In this document: in pieces, positions 49,975-59,184 of the stretch
Layout of the letters: the number at the start of each line of letters is the position of its first letter
How positions within the stretch are numbered: position 1 is the first letter of the stretch
NCBI GenBank assembly: GCA_028289425.1
Contig: JANQPL010000009.1
Location: 324,961-388,960, forward strand
Direction of reading: 5' to 3'
Source of the DNA: Alphaproteobacteria bacterium
GTDB taxonomy: Bacteria; Pseudomonadota; Alphaproteobacteria; JANQMY01
DNA length: 64,000 nucleotides
The notes under the pieces: generated by a model
Seen by the model: the letters and a program-made list of their open reading frames with translations, nothing else
Database searches by the model: none
What the model was told of the DNA's origin: nothing
Translations under genes and position numbers: made by a program

Positions 49975-50400
49975 ATGACCTCCATCGACGTGATTCCGGC
50001 CAATCCCAGACGCAAACCGCTGCACCCCGACATTTCGGAAGACATGATCGACCGGCTCGTCAAAGCGTTCTACGCAAAGGTGCGGGCGCACGACCGGCTG
50101 GGGCCGATCTTCGATACTGTCATCGGGGACAAATGGGAAGAGCATCTGCCGAAGATGAACGATTTCTGGTCGTCAGTGACCCGCATGACCGGGCGCTACA
50201 AGGGCAAGCCCATGGTCAAACATCTCAAGTTGAAGCAAGTGCAGCCGGAGGATTTCGACATTTGGCTTCAACTGTTCCGCGAAACGGCGGACGAGCTATT
50301 GCCCCCGGACATTGCGCCCATCTTTATCAGCCGGTCTGAACGGATCGCCGAAAGCCTCAAACTCGGCATGTTTTTCGCGCCAGTGGAGAAACCCAAATGA
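49975..50400 (+). CDS. group III truncated hemoglobin
   Basis: ~141 aa bacterial-globin-like protein (LVKAFYAKVRAHDRLGPIF ... KMNDFWSSV ... RYKGKPMVKH). Confidence 0.6.
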   Translation: MTSIDVIPANPRRKPLHPDISEDMIDRLVKAFYAKVRAHDRLGPIFDTVIGDKWEEHLPKMNDFWSSVTRMTGRYKGKPMVKHLKLKQVQPEDFDIWLQLFRETADELLPPDIAPIFISRSERIAESLKLGMFFAPVEKPK

Positions 50401-50693
50401 CACGGCAACTCCCCGATCAGGCAATCAAGCACAAGGAAACCAAGCGCTTCACTGCCGACACAGTCCCCGCGGCGCTGACGAAAAACCACGACACCAAACC
50501 CGGCGTTTGGGGATTGATCTGTGTGGACGCAGGCGCGCTGGATCTGTCGATCGGCGATCCGGTTTCGGAAACACTGCATCTTGCGGCCGGCGATACCGGC
50601 GTCGTCAACCCGCAAGAGGTACACAAAGTCGCGCTCCAGCCGGATGCCGAGTTTCACATCGAGTTTTACTCGTTGCCGGACAACAGCCACTAA
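50397..50693 (+). CDS. DUF1971 (YeaR-like) protein
   Basis: 98 aa resembling E. coli YeaR (an NsrR-regulon member). It overlaps the globin stop by 4 nt. Confidence 0.5.
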   Translation: MTRQLPDQAIKHKETKRFTADTVPAALTKNHDTKPGVWGLICVDAGALDLSIGDPVSETLHLAAGDTGVVNPQEVHKVALQPDAEFHIEFYSLPDNSH

Positions 50694-50784
50694 AAATATT
50701 CCTTGCCGGCTCATTCGCGCTATCGTGTCGCAAAACTTGTTATTGGCCGCGACGGAGCGCAACACATTGACATCGTCAAAACCT

Positions 50785-51765
50785 TTGAAAGAAAAAATCA
50801 CCCTGGTGGCCGGTGCCACGCGCGGCGCCGGGCGCGGCATCGCCCACATGCTGGGGGAGGCAGGCGCCACGGTGATCTGCACGGGACGCAGCACGCGGGA
50901 GCAAACCTCGCCCATCGGCCGTCCGGAAACAATTGAAGAAACGGCGGAACTCGTGACGGAGGCGGGCGGTCGCGGCGTCCCCATTCGCACCGACCACCGC
51001 AGCATCGCCGAAGTAAAAGCGTTGTTCGAACGGGTGAAAGCGGATTTCGGGCGCCTGGACGTGCTGGTCAATGACATTGGCGGTGAAGGGTTGTCGGACT
51101 GGAAGCCAGCTTGGGAGACGGATCTGGAAAAAGGACTTGAGCTCCTCGACACGGCCGTCCGTACACATATCATCACGGCCCGGCTCGGCCTGCCGTTGAT
51201 GCTGGAACAAGATTCGGGACTCATTGTCGAAATCACCGATGGAGACCACGGGGGCTATCGCGGTGCCCTTTTCTATGACCTAGCCAAGAACCAGTCGATC
51301 CGGTTTGCCTACGCGTTGGCAGAGGAGTTGAAACCCAGGGGCATCGCATCGGTGGCAGTCGCGCCGGGGTTCTTAAGATCCGAAGCCATGTTGGACATGC
51401 TCGGCGTCACCGAAGCGAATTGGCGGGACGCCGCGGCAAAAGAACGGGGCTTCAGCGAATCCGAAACGCCCTGCTATGTGGGCCGGGCGGTGGCGGCGCT
51501 TGCCGCGGATCCCAACGTTATGGACAAATCAGGCGGCGTCTATGCAAGCTGGGAGCTTGCGAAGGAATATGGCTTCACCGATATCGACGGCCGTAAGCCA
51601 GATTGGTGGACGTATGTACGCAAATCGGTCAATGAGATTCTTGACAAAGGCGGACCGCAAGACGATGGCGAGCAGTACTGGGTCAATGCGTGGCATTCCC
51701 AGCTCAAGGCCGACCCGCGCTTCGCCGACTTATGCAAGCGGATTGAGGAAGTGACGCAAATTTAA
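50785..51765 (+). CDS. SDR family oxidoreductase
   Basis: TLVAGATRGAGRGIA Rossmann motif. The start is uncertain (in-frame TTG at 50767 or 50785). Confidence 0.6.
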   Translation: MKEKITLVAGATRGAGRGIAHMLGEAGATVICTGRSTREQTSPIGRPETIEETAELVTEAGGRGVPIRTDHRSIAEVKALFERVKADFGRLDVLVNDIGGEGLSDWKPAWETDLEKGLELLDTAVRTHIITARLGLPLMLEQDSGLIVEITDGDHGGYRGALFYDLAKNQSIRFAYALAEELKPRGIASVAVAPGFLRSEAMLDMLGVTEANWRDAAAKERGFSESETPCYVGRAVAALAADPNVMDKSGGVYASWELAKEYGFTDIDGRKPDWWTYVRKSVNEILDKGGPQDDGEQYWVNAWHSQLKADPRFADLCKRIEEVTQI

Positions 51766-51919
51766 CGTGCCGGTCCACACTGCACAGACTCGTCATCCCC
51801 CGGCTTGCCAAAGTCGGCTTCGGGGGATCCAGTATAGAGCTTCTTTCGAATTTGATGTCCATCCTGGATTGCCCGATCAAGTCGGGCAATGACGATTTAA
51901 GAAGCAACCATTCCGGTTA

Positions 51920-52438
51920 CTACTCCGTCAGGGCCTTTATGACCGCGTCGACCGTATCGCCGGCCTTGGCACGCATTTCATCGTCGGTAGCATCCTGAAT
52001 GGGATGTTCGACGAAGACACATCGGGCATCTTTCATACCCAATGCCGTTGCTTGCGTATCCGCCGCGTCAACAAATTCCGTGGACGCGATGGAAACTGAG
52101 GGAACCCCCTGAATTTCGAACCAAACCGTGTCATGCAAACTGCATGTCGTGCAGGATCCTCAATCGGCCAGGGCTTCGATAACGAAGTCGCACTCCCTTT
52201 TGATGTCGTGACGGAGATCGTCCGGGCACGGCTTTGTAAACGTGGGCTTGGCGAACCGTTTCACTTCAATGCCCGGCAGCTTTTCCTTGAGCATGCCTTC
52301 GAGCGCATCGAGATAGACGTCGCCGCGGGGCTTGCGGATGTCCATCAAGCCCACCACGCCGGAGATCGCTCCGCTGCGTGGCGTGACCTGCCGGGTCACC
52401 GGCACCGCTTCATTTGTCGGGTCAAGGATGGTGGTCAT
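51920..52438 (-). CDS. UGSC-family (seleno)protein, with in-frame TGA at 52160-52162
   Basis: ORFs 52160-52456 and 51920-52138 are in frame and are joined by the readthrough EALAD-U-G-S-C-TTCSL. I recall UGSC as a named (seleno)protein family. A hairpin (CUGCA-CGACA-UGCAG) lies 5 nt downstream. Confidence 0.6.
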
Positions 52439-52637
52439 CCTTTTTTCCTTTCTCAATTTCGAATGACTCTATATTGCCAGGGAGCACGCTGGGCGCCAAG
52501 ATCATATTTGGTCGCGCCTGCCTGCGCGAAGCCGGAGCTTCGCCCTGCGGGCCAAAGCCCTTCGGGCGACGGGTCGTTCGGCGAAGGCAGGCGATCGGGC
52601 GAAAAACCACGTACACTTTTCCTGATCGCGCTCCGAC

Positions 52638-54224
52638 TCAATCGCCGATTTTGCGCGAGACCGAAATGGAGCCCATCTCGCCGGTCGCCCAGCCGTGAAA
52701 CGCCCCTGAAAACTTGCCCGCATCGGACCCGGCCACGACGATGTGGATATAGACTTCGCTCAAGAACTTGGGCACCAACGAGTCAAGTTGTTCCGCCGTC
52801 ATATTGGCCGCCGCCTCCGGCTTGAGGCCGGCGCCGGAAATGTCATTGCCGACCATGTCGCGCAGCGGCCGCTTAGTCACTTCTTGGATACGTTCCCGCA
52901 AGCGCTTTTTGGAGTAATCGCCGTCCACCATCAGTGTGTCCACATGTTCCGGACACACCACCAGCAGCGTATCGATGGGCCAGCCGTGATATTTGGGATG
53001 AAAAACGCTTTCTAACCCCAGGCCCAATGTGCCCGCCATCTGATCGGGCTTGCGCGATTCCTGATCGACAATCAACGTCGGTCCGCTGGTCATGGCAAAG
53101 ATCGTGACCACGTTTTCGTCTTTTTTGAAGCCGCGCTCCACATGGAGCGGCTCCCATGGGTTGCGTTCTTCCCATTCGGCAAAGCACATGGTGAATTTCA
53201 TGGGATTGCCCAGGGTGGAGCGGTCCGTGCCGCCCGGTTTGGCGCCGCCTACATTGCGCACTACCAGGCGCAAGGCCCGGCCGATCGTTGCATTCGCGCG
53301 GCTGCCGTTCCCCAGCGCACCCAGCTTCATGTTCATATCGAGCTTGTGGCGGATGGGCCCGTTGATGATCATCACCGGCGCAGCCCCCATAGTGGTGGCG
53401 TTCACCCCATGAATATTGAATTCGTCCGTACACACAGCCTCCACGGCGGCGATTATGACGGGCATGTATTCGGGCTTACAGCCTGCCATGACGGCGTTGA
53501 TGGCGACTTTCTCAACGGTGACCTCACCCATATTGGGCGGCATGACGGCGATGACTTCCTGAGCGCCGCGTTTAGTGCCGTCGAGCATGCGCAACACCCG
53601 TTCCGGTGTGGGCGGAACCAGCGGCAGCCCGTCGGAGAAGCCTTGATCGAACATGAACTCGAACTCATCGTCCGCTTCGGCGATCTCGATCTTCCGGGCA
53701 CGGATGGGGCTATTATCGGCCTCGGCGCGCAAGCGGTCCGCCACCATAGGATCGACGGATTTTGAACCGCATCCCGGCCGCCATTCGGGCAGGTCGCCCC
53801 AAGCGATGCCGGCATCGTCGGCGCTGAGCACGCCCGCAATTTCTTTCTCAAGCGCTTCCCATTCCTCGCGCGCGAAACCGATCACCTTAGTGCCCGCGGT
53901 GCCATCGCCGCCCGCCCAGATGACGGTGGGCACGGTGTCAATCTCATTGTCGAAGGAAACTTTGCACCCCGATTCATCGAGGATGGGCACAGCCAGCTCA
54001 TGACGCTCTGAGAGAACAGCATTGCCTTCTTTGGTTTGGCCCAGCACCAGAATGTCGGCTTTGTCGCCCCAAGCGCGATGAAACCCGTCGAGCACCGGCA
54101 TCACCAGATTGCAGGTCGGACAGTCTTCCTTGACGAAACAGACAAGGGCCGGACGGCCGGTGGGGAAACGATGCGGCTTTCCCGCTGCATCGTTCAAGGC
54201 AAATGCATTTAGCGTTTCGGACAT
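52638..54224 (-). CDS. uncharacterized 528-aa protein: N-terminal thioredoxin-fold domain (CPTC) fused to a large domain of unknown function
   Basis: The VCFVKEDCPTCNLV CxxC motif sits in the first ~150 aa. I do not recognise the C-terminal ~370 aa. It lies inside the selenoprotein operon. Confidence 0.5.
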   Translation of the reverse strand: MSETLNAFALNDAAGKPHRFPTGRPALVCFVKEDCPTCNLVMPVLDGFHRAWGDKADILVLGQTKEGNAVLSERHELAVPILDESGCKVSFDNEIDTVPTVIWAGGDGTAGTKVIGFAREEWEALEKEIAGVLSADDAGIAWGDLPEWRPGCGSKSVDPMVADRLRAEADNSPIRARKIEIAEADDEFEFMFDQGFSDGLPLVPPTPERVLRMLDGTKRGAQEVIAVMPPNMGEVTVEKVAINAVMAGCKPEYMPVIIAAVEAVCTDEFNIHGVNATTMGAAPVMIINGPIRHKLDMNMKLGALGNGSRANATIGRALRLVVRNVGGAKPGGTDRSTLGNPMKFTMCFAEWEERNPWEPLHVERGFKKDENVVTIFAMTSGPTLIVDQESRKPDQMAGTLGLGLESVFHPKYHGWPIDTLLVVCPEHVDTLMVDGDYSKKRLRERIQEVTKRPLRDMVGNDISGAGLKPEAAANMTAEQLDSLVPKFLSEVYIHIVVAGSDAGKFSGAFHGWATGEMGSISVSRKIGD

Positions 54225-54228
54225 GTTT

Positions 54229-55428
54229 CTATTCGGTCGTCACCTTTTGGTTTCCCAGTGTGTGCACGGCGGAGGCGAACTCATTCAGTCCCAGGTCTTC
54301 CCGCATATCCGCCGTCACATCCGTAAAGTTGGGGTCGAGCGAAATGCCGATGCCGTCGGCAATGCGCACCATGCGTTCGAAATTGCCCACCACACCGGCT
54401 GCATCCACAAACTGCTCAGGGCTAACCGCCGCTAACAGATCAGTACGGGCTGCATCCAACGTCGCCTGATCGCCTTCAACAACGGCGTCGGCAAAGGCCG
54501 TTAGCTCCTTGCCCGCTGGGATCCGTTCGTCCACGCTTTCAGCGCCTTCAACAACACCCGTCAGTTCTACTTCTTCGCCGATCGATTGTGCGCTCACACG
54601 GAGCAGCATCGCATGAGCGGTCGTTCAATAGAAACAGTCGTTAAGTGCGGACACCCTCCCTGCAAGCAGTTCGATTTGAGGGCGCGACAGGTTTCGGCCT
54701 TCGTTGACCGCGCCGAATTTGCCGGCGGGAATGTATTGCACATCGCTTAAGGCGAACCAGTCACGCACGGCATCGGGCACCAAACTCAAGGCACGGGCCA
54801 CATTGGGAATGGTCTTGGCAAAATCCGCGCCCCATAGATCCTCGTCCGGCGCATGGGGTTGTTCCCGCGCCAGCATGGGGACATAGGCCTCGCCATCGAC
54901 CAAGGGGGCCGGCCGCGCTCCCGTCGGCTCTCCAGCGACGGGGCTCGGCAAAGCGTGCACCGGAACACCCAGGCCGCGGCAGGTTTGGTCCATGCTGCGG
55001 ATGGCAACCACGATTCCAAGCGCCTCCACATAATGACCATCCGAGAAACCTGCGTTCGCCAGATCTTCAATCGCTTTTTGGGTAATGCGGGTGACGTCCG
55101 TGACCATCATATGCACCATGGCGATGATGGGCTCCGTCAACACACCTTCCGTCATCGGATCAATGGTATGTTTGCCTTCGATGGTATAGGGGCTGAGTGC
55201 CTTTTTCCGCTCTACGCAAAACGGACATGTGATGGCTGCCCGCGCTTCTGCCGCAATACAAATGCGCTCAGCGCCGGTCCACCACGCGCCTGGCCGCGCG
55301 AGGCGGGACAGAACAACCGCATGGGCGTTCGCCATATCTTCCCGCACCGGCACTTTGCATGTCGCAAAGTCATTCGTGACATTGGCCAGTATGCCGGGGT
55401 CCCGTTGATCGTCGGTGATTTGTGGCAT
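54229..55428 (-). CDS. candidate tandem CMD/AhpD-like selenoprotein, with in-frame TGA at 54625-54627
   Basis: ORFs 54625-55428 and 54229-54609 are in frame. The readthrough is RVSALNDCFY-U-TTAH, i.e. the CMD core signature RVSxxNxCxxCxxxH with Sec at the second Cys. The first domain has TCPFC. Confidence 0.55.
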
Positions 55429-55452
55429 TCAAACTCTCCCCGTCGATTGTTG

Positions 55453-56241
55453 TTATTTGAGTGCTTTTTTGACAGCCTTGAGAACACGCTGCCCGTCGGA
55501 CCTTACTCTATAGTCACTCGATTGATCGATCCAGCGGATCGTGCCCGACGCATCGGTCAGGATGGTCGTGGGAATGGCCAGTGCTCGGCGCATCCCCCGG
55601 CTGTCGCGCGGATCGCCTGCCATGGCGTTGGGGTGCTCCACCCCGTAGGCCTTGATAACCTCCAGATCCGGATCGGCCAGTTGCAGCATGGAGAGCCCAT
55701 GTTTGCTGCGCATCGCGTCCGCCTGCTCGACCGTATTGGGGCTGATGGCGACCATTTTCACGCCCAGCGCGTCGAAATCATCTTGCAAGTCTTCCCATCG
55801 CTGCAACTCAGCGACACAGTAAGGTCACCAATGGCCCCGATAGAATTTGAGAAGCAGCGGGTCATTTTGCCCAGGCTCATATGCAAAAGTGCCCCCATCC
55901 CAATCGGCGGCAGCAAAGGCCGGAGCCGGCGCGCCCACTTTCACACCGACGCCCTTCGGCACCCCACCTTGAGAGAAGAGATAAAGGACAAAGCCGCCAA
56001 GGAGCACAGTGATGGCGGCAAGCGTGCCGCCGACCCAGCCCGGACCGAGAATGAGTGTCCAAACGGCCAACAGAAAACCTGTCAAAACCGACAGCTCGCT
56101 CAGAATGGGCCGCCGCGTGAACCCCTTCTTCAGAACAAGGATACGCCGAAAATAAAGCGCCATCCGCCCGATGACCAGCAGCATGGCCAGCGCAAGGGTG
56201 ACGTAGGGATTCCAGAGAAGTGAGAGAATTTGATCCGCCAT
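55453..56241 (-). CDS. candidate membrane-anchored redoxin selenoprotein (W-U-P-Y-C), with in-frame TGA at 55825-55827
   Basis: Three N-terminal transmembrane helices are followed by LKFYRGHW-U-PYCVAELQ, paralogous to the 45914 site. A GUCGCUG-AGUUG-CAGCGAU hairpin lies 9 nt after the UGA. It is directly downstream of selC. Confidence 0.55.
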
Positions 56242-56407
56242 CGCACGATCCTAGCGGGGGGCGCTCGTGACTGGCAAGTCAAGCAATCGTGGGGAGCTCA
56301 GTCTGCCTTAGCGCGGGGTCAGTCCACCTACGCCAAGGCTACGGTGGACACTCCTTCGTCTAACGAGCTTCGGCTGGTTCACCACCCGAAGCTCGAAGAG
56401 CGAAGGG

Positions 56408-56501
56408 TGGCGGAGGCGGATGGGAATCGAACCCACCACACGCATGGCTGCGTGTCACTGGTTTTGAAGACCAGGGAAGCCACCAGACTCCATTCGCCTC
56501 C
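56408..56501 (-). tRNA. selC: tRNA-Sec (selC), anticodon UCA
   Basis: The reverse complement reads GGAGGCGAAUGG ... CCUGGU-CUUCAAA-ACCAG ... GGUUCGAUUCC ... CCGCCUCCGCCA. It is ~94 nt with a long extra arm, an anticodon loop with UCA at positions 34-36, and an encoded CCA. Confidence 0.75.
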
Positions 56502-56584
56502 TCTCGAAGATGTGGGTTGGACTATGTCACAGCCATTGGCTAGAAAGAAAGAGTGTTGAAGCAATCGAAGGAAAAAGCCACGCG

Positions 56585-57649
56585 ATGGCGGACAAAGATA
56601 AGGTCCGGCTGACGCAGTACGCTGTGTCTGCTGGTTGAGCCGGTAAGCTCGGACCTGGGCAGTTGTCGCAAGTTTTGCGACCGTTGAAAGATATATTTCC
56701 GCAGGCGGATTTTCCCGATGTGCTGAGGGGGCTCAGCTCACCGGACGATGCCGCTGTGCTGAAACTGACCGACGAGTTGTCGATGGTAGCAACGGCGGAC
56801 TTCTTCGCGCCGGTGGTGGATGACCCCTACCAGTTCGGCGCCATCGCCGCCGCCAACGCCCTGTCTGATGTTTACGCAATGGGCGCCGAGCCAAAGCTCG
56901 CGCTTAATCTCGCAGGCTTTCCGAAAACACTGGACCTGGACATTCTGAACGAGATCTTCCGCGGCGGCGCCGACAAGGTGCGCGAGGCGGGCGCCGCCAT
57001 TGCCGGCGGTCACACCACCTTCGACGAAGAACCCAAATACGGCCTGGCGGTAATGGGTGTGCTGAACAAAGCGACCGCTTTCGCCAATGAAGGGGCCAAG
57101 CCCGGCGATCAGTTGATCCTCACCAAACCCATCGGTACGGGGATCATCACCACCGCCCTTAAACAAAGTAAGATCGACGAAAGCGACACCGAAGAAGCCG
57201 TCGCCAGCATGGCGCGCTTGAGCGCAGGCGCGGCGAAGATTTTGCGTGCCGCTCCCGCCGGCGCTGTCCATGCGGTCACCGACATTACCGGCTTCTCATT
57301 GGCGGGCCATGGGCATGAGATGGCGGATCAGTCGGGCGTTGCATTGGAGATTGCGTTTTCGAAGATCCCGCTGCTTGCCGGCACGGACGGCTTGGCCGCG
57401 CAAGGCGTCGCCCCCGGCGGCGCCGGACGGAACAAGGACTATTTCGGCCAATGGTTCGAGCGGGGGCCAAGCATCACCGACGCCCAAGAAACCATCGTCT
57501 TCGACCCGCAAACTTCCGGCGGCTTGCTGGTGGCCGTCGCGCCGCAAGCGCTTGAAAGTCTGATGGCCGATTTTTCCGAAGCAAGCGAGCCGGTTTGGCA
57601 TATCGGCAAGGTCACTGACGGTCCCAATGGCACCATTCACCTTGTTTAA
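56585..57649 (+). CDS. selD: selenide, water dikinase (selenophosphate synthetase), Sec-containing form with UGA at 56636-56638
   Basis: ATG 56585 is followed by KDKVRLTQYAVSAG-U-AGK, aligning with E. coli RLTQYSHGAGCGCK (Cys17). The downstream sequence is collinear with SelD (DFFAPVVDDPYQFG ... GGHT). Confidence 0.8.
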
Positions 57650-57707
57650 GGTGAAAGCTTTTCAGGCCGCTACCTGACGCGCTATCCTTCTTTAAACAGA
57701 AACTTGT

Positions 57708-57779
57708 CCGCCCCGCTCCCCCTTCCCAACCACCCCAAGGGTAACCTTATCGGGTGGTTGGGAAGGGGGAGCGGGGCGG
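57708..57779. repeat. long perfect palindromic element (28-bp stem), copy 2, in the selD-selA spacer
   Basis: CCGCCCCGCTCCCCCTTCCCAACCACCC-CAAGGGTAACCTTATC-GGGTGGTTGGGAAGGGGGAGCGGGGCGG. Confidence 0.6.
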
Positions 57780-57795
57780 TGAGGTCATACAAACA

Positions 57796-59184
57796 ATGGA
57801 CTCGAGCCTTTTTCGCAAAATCCCTCAGGTGAATGACCTGGCATTGAAACCGCACATCGCGCTGCTGGAAGGCGCGTGGAGCCGCGACGAGATGGTCGAT
57901 GCGCTACGCGCAGCACTCGATGAGGTGCGCGAGGGTCTGCGCAAGGGCACTGCCCTGCCCGATTTCGATAGCCCCGCCTTTGCCGCGCATATCGAAGCAC
58001 TCATGGCCGCCACAAGACAGCCCAGCCTGCGCCGCATCATCAATGCCACGGGCATCGTCATCCATACCAATTTGGGGCGCTCGCCCTTAGCACCGGCCGC
58101 CCTGGAAGCGATCCAAGAAACCGCTGCCGGTTACACAAACATCGAAATGACACTTGCGACGGGCCAGCGCGGCTCGCGCTACGATCATGTACGCGATTTG
58201 ATCTGTGAGCTGACAGGTGCGGAAGATGCAATTATGGTCAATAATTGCGCCGCCGCCGTTACCCTGGCGCTTGCTACCTTCGCCAAAGACAAAGAGGTCG
58301 TGGTCTCCCGCGGCGAACTGATCGAAATCGGCGGATCGTTCCGCATCCCGGATATCGTCGCCCAAAACGGCGCCACATTGCGCGAGGTGGGCACCACCAA
58401 CAAGACCCATTTGTCGGATTATCAAAACGCCATTACCGACGGCACAGCCGTTCTGCTGAAAACGCACACAAGTAACTACCGTATCGTCGGTTTCACCGCG
58501 TGCCCCGAACGAACGGCGCTCGCGAAACTTGCCAATGAAAACCAGCTTGTTTTGCTGGAAGATTTGGGCAGCGGGACGTTGATCGACCTCACCGCCTATG
58601 GCATCGGCGACGAGCCCACCGTGCAGCATTGTATCGCCTCCGGCGTGCACTTGGTGACGTTTTCCGGCGACAAGCTGCTGGGCGGACCCCAATGTGGAAT
58701 CATGGCGGGTAAGAAGGAGCTTGTGGCCAAACTGCGCAAGAACCCGCTGCTGCGGGCCATGCGCATCGACAAGCTATCGCTGGCGGCGTTAGAAGCCACC
58801 TTGCGGCTTTACAAGACACCTTTCGAGCCCGAAGAAGATATCCCGACGCTTCGCATGCTGACGGCAACGCCCGAAGAGCTGGAAGAGACGGCGCAGGATC
58901 TTGCGGCGGCGCTCAACGCCCTCCCGGAAGTAACCGCAACGACAGCCCAAACTATGAGCGAAGCGGGTGGCGGCTCCCTGCCTGCCCACCAGTTAGCGTC
59001 GTATTGCGTGCGCCTCACTGTCGGCACATTGACGCCGGATGCGTTGATGGCACGTCTGCGCCAGGGGGGAACACCGATCATCGCACGCATCTCCAAAGGC
59101 GACGTGATCTTGGATGTGCGCACGCTTTTGCCCGATGATGTATCGGATCTGCCGGGCCTGATCGGCGCCCTAGAGAGCACATGA
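57796..59184 (+). CDS. selA: L-seryl-tRNA(Sec) selenium transferase
   Basis: Collinear with E. coli SelA as I recall it ([44 protein letters not shown]). It carries the PLP-lysine region. Confidence 0.85.
   Translation: MDSSLFRKIPQVNDLALKPHIALLEGAWSRDEMVDALRAALDEVREGLRKGTALPDFDSPAFAAHIEALMAATRQPSLRRIINATGIVIHTNLGRSPLAPAALEAIQETAAGYTNIEMTLATGQRGSRYDHVRDLICELTGAEDAIMVNNCAAAVTLALATFAKDKEVVVSRGELIEIGGSFRIPDIVAQNGATLREVGTTNKTHLSDYQNAITDGTAVLLKTHTSNYRIVGFTACPERTALAKLANENQLVLLEDLGSGTLIDLTAYGIGDEPTVQHCIASGVHLVTFSGDKLLGGPQCGIMAGKKELVAKLRKNPLLRAMRIDKLSLAALEATLRLYKTPFEPEEDIPTLRMLTATPEELEETAQDLAAALNALPEVTATTAQTMSEAGGGSLPAHQLASYCVRLTVGTLTPDALMARLRQGGTPIIARISKGDVILDVRTLLPDDVSDLPGLIGALEST

Noticed and set aside
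53142-53765. 207-aa plus-strand ORF inside the 528-aa Trx-fusion gene
   Set aside because: An antisense shadow ORF; the minus-strand gene is continuous and coherent.
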